A DNA stretch of 64,000 bases, taken from the IMG/VR virus record IMGVR_UViG_3300044645_002359, positions 1 to 64,000 of that record. One strand, given 5' to 3'. How positions within the stretch are numbered: the stretch's first letter is position 1; each line of letters begins with the position of its first letter. The notes beneath the pieces were generated by a model that saw only the letters and a list, made by a program, of their open reading frames with translations, was not told where the DNA came from and did not search any database. Below, in pieces: positions 27,053 to 36,973 of the stretch. The position numbers and the translations under genes are program-made.

Positions 27053-28645
27053 ATGCAAGGTTCCTTTTCTGAACAGTCACTGAAGCAGTACGAAGAGTTA
27101 ATCGGAGAAATAGCTTCTGTAAACTTTTCCGAATTAAATTCAGATGTGTACGATTTCACACGTTGCGTTCGCGCGGACGGTACTGTCTACGGTTCACGAG
27201 GAAAGTGCCGCAAGGGACGTGAGGCTGCCGCAGGCGCTGGCCCTTCTCAAGCCCCGAGGAAGAGTACGGCAGCTCGAATGGCTGCTGCCGCTGAAAAGTT
27301 AGAAAGTCCTAAGCAAACTCCGGCCAAAGTTAAGGCACCGGTTCCCGCTCCCGTAGCAACTCCAGCAGTTAGAACCGTTAAAAAGCCCAGGGCAGCCCCA
27401 CTCACCGCTGAGGGAAAGGCAGAGAAGAAGTGGCTCGCACAGAAAGATAAATTAGACGCGATAAAGGCAGAACACGCCAAGATGATTGCTGAGGTTGAAG
27501 CGCAGGGGCACAAAGTATACGCCACCGGTACGGGGGCCAGTATGCTTCATAGGCTGGCTAAAGAGAGGGGAATTGCTACACCGGCTCAGCTATCCAGTAT
27601 GCGAATAAAACTCTTCCAACAAGAGCCTGAGCGCATCAAAAAAGAAAGGTTGGCGGAAGAAGAGAAGAAAAGACTGTCGGAAATTGCTGGAACCACTAGA
27701 GAACAGCGCAAGGGGATGGTCCGTGAGCGAATTGAGGAGCTGAAGAAGAGCAAATATCTAGACACGTTGAAGGACGTTAATAACAACGTCGAAATGATGA
27801 AGAAGTGGATAGAAACAGACCCTTCCATGGATACCCTGAAAAACCGTGTTGCTTTGACGGCAATGCGGTCTTTCCGTGCGCAAATGGTGAGAGAAGCAAG
27901 GCTTAAGCGAGAAGAAAAGTACAGGAGCCTTGACGAATTCCTCAAAGAGTCGCCCAAGTATAACAGAACCCCTGGTTCCAGGGAGCCTATGAAAGCTAAG
28001 TATGATGACAGCGAAAGGGAGCAAAAAAGACTTGAAAAGATTTATGAAGCACAAGGGTTTAACGCTAGACCAGAACTTGTAAGGTCAAGATCTGACCTTG
28101 AGAAAAGGAAGGACATCCTAAGAGAGCCTGACGGAAGGCCACTAATTCTCTATCGAGGGGTATCGGAAGAAAGCTTAGCAAGACAGTTCCAAGGCTCTGG
28201 TCCAGACGGAGACAGACACTACCCTGGTCGGGGGGTGTATGGAAACGGGAGTTACGCTGCTTCTGCGGGGGGAAATCCGGGTTCTTGGAACACGGACGGA
28301 AACTTTGACAAGACTGCACAAAGAACAGCTTCTTCGTATACGAGTAGTGGTGGAAACCCTAAGGATAAAGTTACAGCCTTCGCTCTTCGTTCGGACGCAA
28401 ATGTGGTTCAGTTCGAAGGGACAAATCCTGCGCTAAGGGACTTAGAATACAGAAAATGGTCAAGAGAAATTAGGAAACAGGCGTCAGAGAAATTCGGGGC
28501 TGAGTTTAACGATCAGGGCGAAGCTGCCGCTGCTATGGGAATCCACGCCTATAGAGTTCCAATGAGTTCTGACGAAGACTACTGGATTATTCTAAATCGC
28601 GGTGCTGTCATCGCTGCACAAGATTCTCAACTACCAGACTTATGA
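27053..28645 (+). CDS. DFTRC-family protein with coiled coil and C-terminal ART-like domain
   Basis: YDFTRCVRADGTVYGSRGKCRKG; LYRGV...GVYGNGSYAA. Confidence 0.75.
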   Translation: MQGSFSEQSLKQYEELIGEIASVNFSELNSDVYDFTRCVRADGTVYGSRGKCRKGREAAAGAGPSQAPRKSTAARMAAAAEKLESPKQTPAKVKAPVPAPVATPAVRTVKKPRAAPLTAEGKAEKKWLAQKDKLDAIKAEHAKMIAEVEAQGHKVYATGTGASMLHRLAKERGIATPAQLSSMRIKLFQQEPERIKKERLAEEEKKRLSEIAGTTREQRKGMVRERIEELKKSKYLDTLKDVNNNVEMMKKWIETDPSMDTLKNRVALTAMRSFRAQMVREARLKREEKYRSLDEFLKESPKYNRTPGSREPMKAKYDDSEREQKRLEKIYEAQGFNARPELVRSRSDLEKRKDILREPDGRPLILYRGVSEESLARQFQGSGPDGDRHYPGRGVYGNGSYAASAGGNPGSWNTDGNFDKTAQRTASSYTSSGGNPKDKVTAFALRSDANVVQFEGTNPALRDLEYRKWSREIRKQASEKFGAEFNDQGEAAAAMGIHAYRVPMSSDEDYWIILNRGAVIAAQDSQLPDL

Positions 28646-29185
28646 ACATTAACGAACCAAGCACCAGCCGTCAACTTGCTGCCCTGATTCAGGGTGTCAA
28701 AGGCGAGCACAGAGACCAATTTATTGAAGACGCTAAGAAAGCGAAAGACATGGGATCTTTCATCAAGCACTTTCTGAAATCTTACGAATGACCGAAGAAG
28801 AGGAAACCTTCGAGGCCACAATGCAGAAACTATTCACTGCAAAGTGGAATATCCCTCAAGCAACCGCAGCTTTGGGCAAATCGGCGAATAAAGAAAACTG
28901 GGAAGAAACGAAAGATCTATTTCGGGAGTTTTGTGCTTTACACCCGCCTGCAACCTTTTGAGGTTGGCGGAAGGGGAGAAGTTTACCGGACCTTCGGCGA
29001 AGCTAAAATATGGGTGCCCTGAGACGTAAATACGTCGCCCATTATGAGAGGGTTCCCTGCCGAACTAGCAGGGTAGGACTCGGAGCCTAACATTGCGCTC
29101 TTAAACTTCTTGTGCCGTGGGAAAACGCACCTTGAAACAGGTGAGTGACCGTTTCCTATACGGATGTTGAATTCTATTTTACTGA

Positions 29186-29863
29186 ATGCTTGACCTCACT
29201 ACACTTGTGGCCGTTTCCATCGTTGGAACTGCTGCAACCCCTCTGAGCGGATTCACTGAGTTAAACAGACTGGAATACCCTGTCCCTCAGCAAGTCGCTA
29301 TCAGAGTGATTGCCCCAGAAACGACCCTGGAATCGGGCCTCATTTGCACAGGCTGCGATCCCACAAAGTTTCTATCGGCTCCCGCTTACAAACTCACACC
29401 AGAGCGCAGAGCCCTTTTAAATACCATTCGCTTCGCTGAAGGAACCTGGAAAGATGGCCACGAGGATGGCTACCGGGTTTTGTTCGGAGGTCGAATGGTT
29501 TCGTCTTTAGATAGACACCCGAACCAAATCCAATACTCCTCGCGCTACACCAGCGCAGCAGCCGGAGCTTACCAATTCCTTCCGGGAACTTGGGGAGAAG
29601 CCTCAAGAAAACTCAACCTTCTAAACTTCGGGCCTAAGAGCCAAGACCAAGCTGCTCTCTTTTTGATCGAACGGCGTAATGCCTTGAGCCTCGCAGATTC
29701 CGGGAAGATCACCCCAACGCTAATCGCAAAGCTAGCTCCTGAATGGGCCTCTCTTCCGACTTATGGCGGCAACAGCTACTATGGTCAGCCGGTCAAAAGG
29801 TATGAGGACCTGCGGCGCTTCTATGAGAGTAACTTGGCGATGCTCCGCCAGGAGGCAAGCTGA
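29186..29863 (+). CDS. Lambda-R-like muramidase / lysozyme (GH104)
   Basis: ALLNTIRFAEGT...SAAAGAYQF..TW...QDQAAL...EWASLP. Confidence 0.9.
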   Translation: MLDLTTLVAVSIVGTAATPLSGFTELNRLEYPVPQQVAIRVIAPETTLESGLICTGCDPTKFLSAPAYKLTPERRALLNTIRFAEGTWKDGHEDGYRVLFGGRMVSSLDRHPNQIQYSSRYTSAAAGAYQFLPGTWGEASRKLNLLNFGPKSQDQAALFLIERRNALSLADSGKITPTLIAKLAPEWASLPTYGGNSYYGQPVKRYEDLRRFYESNLAMLRQEAS

Positions 29864-30336
29864 TGAACGGTTTCCCGAACTTTACTTGCTCGTCGCAACA
29901 AGCTACAATGGTAGCGAGCCTGAGTAATCAGGCACTGAGCCGTGGTTGCCAACCGCAACAAACACGGATGTCGAACTCTAATGTTTTCATGCGTTTTTCC
30001 AAATTAGCCTCATTCTTCCTCGTCGCAGGAATTCTTTCCGGAGTACCTGCACAAGCAAGGCAGTGTGGCCAAGCCAGTTGGTATGGCCCTGGCTTCTACG
30101 GGAACAAAACTGCCAACGGTGAAATTTACCGTCGTGGTACCATGACTGCAGCGCACCCTTCACTCCCCCTTGGTAGCTGGGTAAGGGTTGTAAACCGAGA
30201 TAATGGACTCATTGCCGATGTTCGTATTAACGACCGTGGTCCTTACTATGGTGGTCGAATTCTCGATCTCGGTCACGGTGCTGCAAGGAGCCTTGGAGTT
30301 AGTGGCGTGGCCAACGTTTGCATTTCTCGTCTCTGA
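29863..30336 (+). CDS. rlpA: RlpA-like lytic transglycosylase (true start probably downstream)
   Basis: ASWYG...TANGE...TAAHPSLPLGS...INDRGPY..GRILDL. Confidence 0.9.
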   Translation: MNGFPNFTCSSQQATMVASLSNQALSRGCQPQQTRMSNSNVFMRFSKLASFFLVAGILSGVPAQARQCGQASWYGPGFYGNKTANGEIYRRGTMTAAHPSLPLGSWVRVVNRDNGLIADVRINDRGPYYGGRILDLGHGAARSLGVSGVANVCISRL

Positions 30337-30391
30337 TCGCCATGGGTGATGCCTTGCTGGTACTCACCCTTCTTTCCTATACTTCTTAAAA

Positions 30392-30610
30392 GTGACACGA
30401 TTCAAATTTCGGACCCCTAACGGCTTGACCCGGATTGAGCTTTTAATCTGTGTGGCTATTTTTGGGATCCTTGCATCAATTGTTGCCGGGGAACTCTCTG
30501 GTAAAAGTCCGTACAGAATGAGTGACTGTGTTCGGTCCGGGGGAAATTGGACTGAAGGTTATGAACTCGGGCATGACACCGCACTTTGCATCTACGGCCC
30601 GAGAAAGTAA
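30392..30610 (+). CDS. Type IV prepilin-like small protein
   Basis: NG|LTRIELLICVAIFGILASIV. Confidence 0.6.
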   Translation: MTRFKFRTPNGLTRIELLICVAIFGILASIVAGELSGKSPYRMSDCVRSGGNWTEGYELGHDTALCIYGPRK

Positions 30611-30630
30611 GTTCAACAACCTAAACTACA

Positions 30631-31602
30631 ATGTCCCAACTCAAAATAGAAACTCTTTTCAAGTACTTGAAAGTTACAGATTGGGGGGGAGAAGAGGTTT
30701 ATTTCCCCTTTTACCATCAGAGGCCGTGCCCTCCGCCTGGGACTAGATGGCAAAAATTTGACCCAGTTGATCTAGGATTCAACACTGGAAATCACTTCCC
30801 CCACACCCAGATGTTTGTAGTAGGGAATCCGGATAGGGAAAGTACAAATATGTATGTAGCTTTCCGTGAAAAGAGTTTACTAGAAAAGTTCATTTTCACG
30901 GTGAAGACACATTTCCACCCCTCAAGAGATGACTTTGTGTTGGTAGATGCAATTTTGTCTTTTATTAGAAAGTTTCCAGAATGTTGTTCCTCAGAAGCTT
31001 TCGAATTACAAAAAGAGATCCTACGGAAAAAAGGAAATTCCGAATTCAGCCGTTTCGATTTTTACGATAGAAGCCACATATACATTAACATAGTGAGTAA
31101 GTCCGAAGCTTCATACAAGGTCCATAACCTGAGGGATAGCTCCCGTTGTGTTACAACACTTTCTCCTACAAGCCATTTCATGATTGAGCGGTCGGAGTCT
31201 AAAGCCAGGAAACAAAACCCTTTCTTCACGTCAGTGAATCGTAAAATCCTAGAGATTACTAAAAAAGATGGGCAGACTTTGTTTTTTCCGATATTGCGAA
31301 ATTATTTCATGGGAGTCGCAATGAACACTTTTCAAGACGCATTAGATTTTCTAGACCTTGTCTCTCCCAATGTATATCCAGACTCGGACGTGCGTACAGT
31401 CGGGAAAGCTAAAAAAATCCTAGAAGATGTAACTAGAAGACTTTTTCAACTGAAAAACAGTTTAAATGCCCTCTCAGCCAACGAAGAGACAAGTAAATGG
31501 GTCGTCCAGGAAGTCCAAAAAGTCTATCCGAAGGGGAAAGTTTTTCATGGCTCACGGACAACGGCCTATGAGTTCGGCCCTATAGGAGAAACTATGGTAT
31601 AA
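30631..31602 (+). CDS. Hypothetical protein
   Basis: 323-aa AT-rich ORF. Confidence 0.75.
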   Translation: MSQLKIETLFKYLKVTDWGGEEVYFPFYHQRPCPPPGTRWQKFDPVDLGFNTGNHFPHTQMFVVGNPDRESTNMYVAFREKSLLEKFIFTVKTHFHPSRDDFVLVDAILSFIRKFPECCSSEAFELQKEILRKKGNSEFSRFDFYDRSHIYINIVSKSEASYKVHNLRDSSRCVTTLSPTSHFMIERSESKARKQNPFFTSVNRKILEITKKDGQTLFFPILRNYFMGVAMNTFQDALDFLDLVSPNVYPDSDVRTVGKAKKILEDVTRRLFQLKNSLNALSANEETSKWVVQEVQKVYPKGKVFHGSRTTAYEFGPIGETMV

Positions 31603-31758
31603 TCCCCCATGGTAAATCTCCCAATAATCGACCCAATAGCAAGGTGATTGTAACCCTGAGAGGGCAAAGTGCTATTTGCACCGGGGTTCATAACCCCACA
31701 ATCACATTCCGGGATTTGTAACCCGGATCTGTACAGACAAAACATAAACAAAAAAAAA

Positions 31759-32607
31759 ATGAAAATTCGCATTATTGCTACCTCAGCAGCTATCGCTTCA
31801 CTCGCCACTCCCGCGCTCGCCGCACCTCAATTTTCTGACGCTGCTCGGACAAATTGGGCCTATGGCGCTCTTCAAAACCTCGCTGAAAAGTATGGTTGTG
31901 TTGCTGGTTATCCCGATGGTACTTTCCGTGGTAGCAATTCCACCACCCGTTACGAAAGCGTTGCTCTCGTGAGTGCCTGCATTGATCGGGTTTATGACAC
32001 CCTGAGCCAAGCTGATCGTCGCATTGCAGACGAGGCTCGCATTGCAATCGTAGCGACTGATGCTCGTGTTTCTGCCCTTGAGAACACAGCAACTCGGAAA
32101 GCGGTTGGAGTCGGCAGTTACGTTGGTGCAGGCGTTAACCTGAATCGTCAAGGCGTTAGCAGCGATGCCTATGGAAACAATCGCACTGTTGTTGGAGCTA
32201 CCCTTCAGGGACGTTTCCCCCTGGGTAACCTCTACGGAGTTTCCACTTCTGCCCGCCCCTATGTAAACTTTGCGGCTGGACCAGATAGCCAAATTGGTTC
32301 TGCCCTCGGTGTTCTGGGTACCGTTGACGTTTCCTTGGCTGGGCGTACCATTGGCGGTATCCTCGTTAGCAGCACTAACCTCTACTTCGGTGCCGGTGGC
32401 CAATGGGCTTTGACGAATAATGGTCAGGCCAACTATCAAACTAGCGTTGGTCAAGGTTCTCAGTTTGTATTTGTTGCCGGTGTTGAGCGTTCCTTCACTC
32501 CGTCCCTGGTTGGTTTCGCTGATCTGAAGTTCCCGACCCAGGAAAATGGTGTTGCTGGAACGGCTTACGCCCCAGTTGGCACTATCGGCCTCGGATTTAA
32601 GTTCTGA
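31759..32607 (+). CDS. Cyanobacterial SLH-domain outer-membrane porin-like protein
   Basis: Signal peptide; FSDA..NWAYGALQNL.EKYGCVAGYPDGTFRG...TRYE; C-terminal GFKF. Confidence 0.85.
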   Translation: MKIRIIATSAAIASLATPALAAPQFSDAARTNWAYGALQNLAEKYGCVAGYPDGTFRGSNSTTRYESVALVSACIDRVYDTLSQADRRIADEARIAIVATDARVSALENTATRKAVGVGSYVGAGVNLNRQGVSSDAYGNNRTVVGATLQGRFPLGNLYGVSTSARPYVNFAAGPDSQIGSALGVLGTVDVSLAGRTIGGILVSSTNLYFGAGGQWALTNNGQANYQTSVGQGSQFVFVAGVERSFTPSLVGFADLKFPTQENGVAGTAYAPVGTIGLGFKF

Positions 32608-32614
32608 TTGCTGT

Positions 32615-32640
32615 GGGGGGTTTAACCCCCTCTTTCTTTT
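32615..32640 (+). terminator. Intrinsic terminator
   Basis: gggggg-tttaa-ccccc-tctttctttt. Confidence 0.75.
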
Positions 32641-33029
32641 CATCCATTATTCCAAGCAAAATGACACCCGAAGATCAAACCAACGCAGTTATCAACCAAG
32701 TTAAAACTTCTTCGTTTTTCGTGGTTGCCGCACTGTCCCCCAGCTTCCTTATTTCTCTGCTTTGCGTTTTTGCTTACTTGGTTACGCAATTCCCCGAAAT
32801 TAAGGAGCCAGTTTCTAACGTAATCAGCAACCTCCTGGCCCGTGCCGGAGTTAGGCCCAACCAACAAGACACTCACACCGATAGCAAATGAGTTCGATCC
32901 TTTCCCTTGAATTGATTTTCGCTCTGGTTATGTACGGGGCTGGTGTCATTACGGGGGCTTGGATTGTCGGAAAGCTTCGGCGCCAAAACCCTGTGACAAC
33001 CAACAGGAATTAAAGTTGAGAGTATGGGG

Positions 33030-33092
33030 CGGAAAACCGAACGAAAACCTTCGGTTTTCACCCTTGTTTTCGCTCACCGAAAACGGTATGAT
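33030..33092 (+). promoter_or_regulatory. Class I repeated promoter (ATA at +1)
   Basis: cggaaaaccg; TTGTTT-17-TATGAT. Confidence 0.75.
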
Positions 33093-33120
33093 TACTACAT
33101 AAGCGAAACGAAACTCCCAG

Positions 33121-33372
33121 ATGACCATCAGCCAAATAGTTCACGAGCTATCCCTCGACAAGCTCAAAGAGCTCACTTCAGACTACGAACAGTTCGAGTG
33201 CGATGGTTCGATTCCCAACTGTTACCTTCGAAGGATGGCGGAACGGGCTCAACGAGAGCTGGGCCTGAACTCAGGCTTTCCTGTAATTCTTTGGGTGGAG
33301 AAGGTTGCGTTTGAAGCTTACCGTGAACTTTATAAGCGGTTGCAACACTTGCTTAGCGAAGAGGTCGGTTAA
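33121..33372 (+). CDS. Hypothetical protein
   Basis: ORF track. Confidence 0.65.
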   Translation: MTISQIVHELSLDKLKELTSDYEQFECDGSIPNCYLRRMAERAQRELGLNSGFPVILWVEKVAFEAYRELYKRLQHLLSEEVG

Positions 33373-33407
33373 CCGACCTTTACCTCCATCCTAAACAAGG
33401 CTATACT
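33363..33407 (+). promoter_or_regulatory. Promoter with perfect palindrome ggtcggttaaccgacc upstream of the prs-nampt pair
   Basis: TTTACC-17-TATACT. Confidence 0.7.
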
Positions 33408-33439
33408 TAATTTAACAAGAAACTACGACGGAGCTGAAA

Positions 33440-34429
33440 ATGATCGCCCTACCCAACGTCAAGGAAGAAACGGTTATCGAGCCGTTAGTCAAAGAACTGA
33501 TTCAGGTTACCGTTGAAACAGAAGGCGGTTTGGGTTACGTTCATAGGAAAACTTTTCAATTCAGTGCAGGAGAGACTCAAGTTCGCCTCAGTCCTTTGCC
33601 TACAGGAGTCAGGAAGATTCGAGTTAGGGCGGATATTGAGAGCAGCCAAACTTTGGTAGAACTTCTTCTGACTTTGGATGCTATTAACAATCTAGAGTAC
33701 CAAGGTCCTGTCGGATTAACCCTCCCATACCTTCCTTACAGCCGTCAAGACCGCGCCTGCGCACCTGGCGAGGCTTTTGCCCTTTCTGTTCTTGTAAACT
33801 GCCTCGTCCCGTATCTCGGTGCCGACGACACTATCACAACTTGGGATGTTCACAGCAGTGTGGCACGAACCCTTTTCGATAGTAAATTCCAGGGAGTATT
33901 CTATAATGTCTCCGCAGCGAGTCTCTTGCAGAATTTTGAGCTTGAAAAAGATGTGGTATTCAATCCCTCAACCATTGTCATTGCCCCAGATAAGGGTGCT
34001 GTAGACCGGGCCACAGAAGTTCAAAATGTCCTGGGACTAGAACGGACCGTGTACGCAACCAAAGTTCGCAATCCGGACGACGGCCAGATCCTAAGAACAG
34101 AAGTTCCCGAAGACGTGAATTACCGAGGCAAAAACCTTTTGATTGTAGACGACATTTGTGATGGTGGCCGCACTTTCATCGAACTTGCCAAGGTTTTGCG
34201 AGAATACGAGCCGTCACGTATTGACCTTTATGTGACACATGGGATCTTCTCAAAAGGTTTCAAAGTTTTTGAGGGCTTTATTGACAACATCTACGTAGCC
34301 AACCTGTTGATGGAACTCATTGAGCACCGCGATGGACGAAAGTCGTTCCCATCAGGTTCTGACCTCTGTGAAAATGTGGGATGTTATAGAGAATTTCCGA
34401 GCAACGTGACTTATCTCCGAAACATTTAA
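33440..34429 (+). CDS. prs: PRPP synthetase-like protein (NARP1 Adps-like)
   Basis: FSAGE...PYLPYSRQDR...DVHS...APDKGA...IVDDICDGGRTF. Confidence 0.9.
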   Translation: MIALPNVKEETVIEPLVKELIQVTVETEGGLGYVHRKTFQFSAGETQVRLSPLPTGVRKIRVRADIESSQTLVELLLTLDAINNLEYQGPVGLTLPYLPYSRQDRACAPGEAFALSVLVNCLVPYLGADDTITTWDVHSSVARTLFDSKFQGVFYNVSAASLLQNFELEKDVVFNPSTIVIAPDKGAVDRATEVQNVLGLERTVYATKVRNPDDGQILRTEVPEDVNYRGKNLLIVDDICDGGRTFIELAKVLREYEPSRIDLYVTHGIFSKGFKVFEGFIDNIYVANLLMELIEHRDGRKSFPSGSDLCENVGCYREFPSNVTYLRNI

Positions 34430-34467
34430 CCCTGCTCGACAACCCAAGTCAAACCTCTTAACAAACA

Positions 34468-35970
34468 ATGAAACTCTTCGCCCCTAACCTTACAGACTTC
34501 TACAAGACGGGTCACTACCGCCAGTACCCTGAAAACACGGAGTTCATCTACTCGAACATGACCGCACGGTCGGACCGTCTCGCCAAGATGCTCCCCGACT
34601 ACGACCACAAAGTAGTGGTAGCAGGTATTCTGGGCACAGCAGCTTGGTACCTTCGCGACCTTTGGAACGATACTTTCTTCAGTCAACCTAAAGACCGAGT
34701 ACTTGAAAAGTACCGCAGGCGAATGGACTCGGCTCTCGGACCTGGCGCCGTGAGCACAGCCCACCTGGCCGAACTTCACGACCTCGGTTACCTTCCAATC
34801 CGAGTAAAGGCTCTCCCAGAAGGCACCCGTGTCAATCTGCGCGTCCCCTTCCTCACGGTGGAGAACACACACCCCGACTTCTATTGGGTGACTAACTACA
34901 TTGAAACTGCCCTGTCGGCTGAAGTTTGGAAGCATGTCAACAATGCAACCATCGCCTACGAGTTTCGCCGCCTACTTGACCGATACGCAGATCTAACAGG
35001 GACTGACCGGTCTTTTGTTGACTTCCAGGCGCACGACTTTTCCTTCCGAGGAGTTAGTGGTATTCACGATGCTGCTGCCCACGGGATTGGACACCTGTTC
35101 TCCTTCAAGGGTACGGACAACATCCCGGCAATTGACTTCTTGGAAGATTACTACAACGTTGAAGGCGAATTTATCGCCGGTGGCGTCCCTGCTACCGAAC
35201 ACAGTGTTATGTGCACCGGGGGCCAAGATACTGAGATTGACACCTACAGGCGTCTGATTTCTGAAACTTACCCGACTGGTATTGTTAGCATTGTTAGCGA
35301 CACTTGGGACTACTGGAACGTTCTCACGAACATTGCTGCCCAACTGGAGGAGACGATCCTGAATCGCCAACCGGATGCCCTTGGCCTTGCCAAAGTTGTA
35401 TTCCGCCCTGATAGTGGAGACCCCGAGAGAATCCTTTGCGGCGACCCGGACGCTGAACCCGGCAGTCCAGCCTTCAAAGGCTCTCTGCAGCTCCTCTGGG
35501 ACCTCTTCGGAGGCACCGTAAACGAGCAGGGCTTCCGCGTCCTTAACCCTCGCGTGGGCCTCATCTACGGTGACTCGATCACCCTTCCTAGAGCTCTTTC
35601 CATTCTGGAGAACATGCACAGCAACGGATGGGCCAGCGGTAACGTTGTTTTCGGTGTGGGTTCGTACACTTACCAGTTCCACACTCGCGATACATTCGGC
35701 ATCGCTTTCAAGACGACTTGGACTCAAATCAACGGTCAACCTGTCGAAGTTATGAAAGATCCGATTACCGACCGTGGAACTAAGAAGTCGGCCAAAGGGT
35801 TGCTTCGTGTTGAAGAAGAGAATGGCGAGTACGTTCTCTACGAGCAACAAAGTCGAGATGAAGAGAGTCGAGGAGAACTGCGAACCGTATTTATGAATAG
35901 CCAGGTCTTCGAAAGACCCGACGAGAGTTTGACGAACATTCGCAGTCGTCTTGTCTCGCCAAATTCCTAA
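34468..35970 (+). CDS. nadV: Nicotinamide phosphoribosyltransferase-like protein (NARP1 Namat-like)
   Basis: TDFYKTGH...HDFSFRG...PATEHSVM...VSDTWD...RPDSGDP...KKSAKG. Confidence 0.92.
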   Translation: MKLFAPNLTDFYKTGHYRQYPENTEFIYSNMTARSDRLAKMLPDYDHKVVVAGILGTAAWYLRDLWNDTFFSQPKDRVLEKYRRRMDSALGPGAVSTAHLAELHDLGYLPIRVKALPEGTRVNLRVPFLTVENTHPDFYWVTNYIETALSAEVWKHVNNATIAYEFRRLLDRYADLTGTDRSFVDFQAHDFSFRGVSGIHDAAAHGIGHLFSFKGTDNIPAIDFLEDYYNVEGEFIAGGVPATEHSVMCTGGQDTEIDTYRRLISETYPTGIVSIVSDTWDYWNVLTNIAAQLEETILNRQPDALGLAKVVFRPDSGDPERILCGDPDAEPGSPAFKGSLQLLWDLFGGTVNEQGFRVLNPRVGLIYGDSITLPRALSILENMHSNGWASGNVVFGVGSYTYQFHTRDTFGIAFKTTWTQINGQPVEVMKDPITDRGTKKSAKGLLRVEEENGEYVLYEQQSRDEESRGELRTVFMNSQVFERPDESLTNIRSRLVSPNS

Positions 35971-36070
35971 ACTCAGGGCAAGGGAGAGTTTACTCTCCCT
36001 CTCCGGGGGGTATAATGATGAAAGAACTAACGTCCCCGTGCGATGGGGGAACACCTAAATCACTAAGGTT

Positions 36071-36661
36071 ATGGACTACAAGACAATCGCATACAAAAAG
36101 ACCATTCTGGTCCTCAATTCCACGTATGAACCACTCAATAGTACCTCATGGCGCAGGGCTAGAGTTCTAGTCTTGAAGGAAAAAGCTCATGTAGTTTCTA
36201 GTCGCACAATTCGCCTGAAAAACTACGTGAAGGTCCCCCAAGCCAAAATGGCTGCTGGAAAGCCTTCTCGCGCTCTCATTTTGAAGAGAGACGGACACAC
36301 CTGCCAGTACTGTGAGTATTCCGGTCCCAACCTTACAATCGACCACGTAGTTCCGAAGTCTCGAGGCGGCCAAGACACTTGGCAGAACCTTGTTACTAGC
36401 TGCCTAGAATGTAACAACTGCAAGGACAATCGTACCCCAGAAGAATGGGCTATGGCCCTGAAGAAGGTGTTTGCCAAAGAAACTACGAATGTTTCCCCCT
36501 TGCCATTCACCTGGGATAGCTTCCAGGTCGGAATGATGGAGACCAGAGTAAACAGCCGGGGCACAACCTTAATTGGAAAGCCGAAGGCACCTTACAGCAA
36601 GATGTCTGTTACGATTAGCACTGCCGAAGTTGACGAGTGGCGCGAATACGTTTACGTGTAA
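36071..36661 (+). CDS. HNH endonuclease (McrA-like, cyanobacterial type)
   Basis: RDGHTCQYC...TIDHVVPKSRGG..TWQNLVTSC.ECNN.K. Confidence 0.9.
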   Translation: MDYKTIAYKKTILVLNSTYEPLNSTSWRRARVLVLKEKAHVVSSRTIRLKNYVKVPQAKMAAGKPSRALILKRDGHTCQYCEYSGPNLTIDHVVPKSRGGQDTWQNLVTSCLECNNCKDNRTPEEWAMALKKVFAKETTNVSPLPFTWDSFQVGMMETRVNSRGTTLIGKPKAPYSKMSVTISTAEVDEWREYVYV

Positions 36662-36904
36662 CATCAACAGCCCTGTTTATCGGGGCTTTGCTTTTACAAA
36701 CTTCCCCACTGAAACCTTACTGAAGTTTACAGAGAAAGTGAAAAAATCTAAGTTTAAGAAACTCATTCAGAAGCCACTAAGATTTCATCACCAGGACATT
36801 CACGAAGAGATTGAGGGTTTAACAGACCTTCTGCTTAACGTTTCCAACCGGCTGATTCGAGTAGAGTCCTTGCTAGATAATCTAACTTCAAATAGCCCGA
36901 AGGG

Positions 36905-36967
36905 AGGGTAACCGAACGAAAGCCTTCGGTTCACACCCTTGTTTCTACGAGGCAGAAACGCTATACT
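36905..36967 (+). promoter_or_regulatory. Class I repeated promoter
   Basis: TTGTTT-17-TATACT; ATG 36974. Confidence 0.8.
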
Positions 36968-36973
36968 TAGTTC

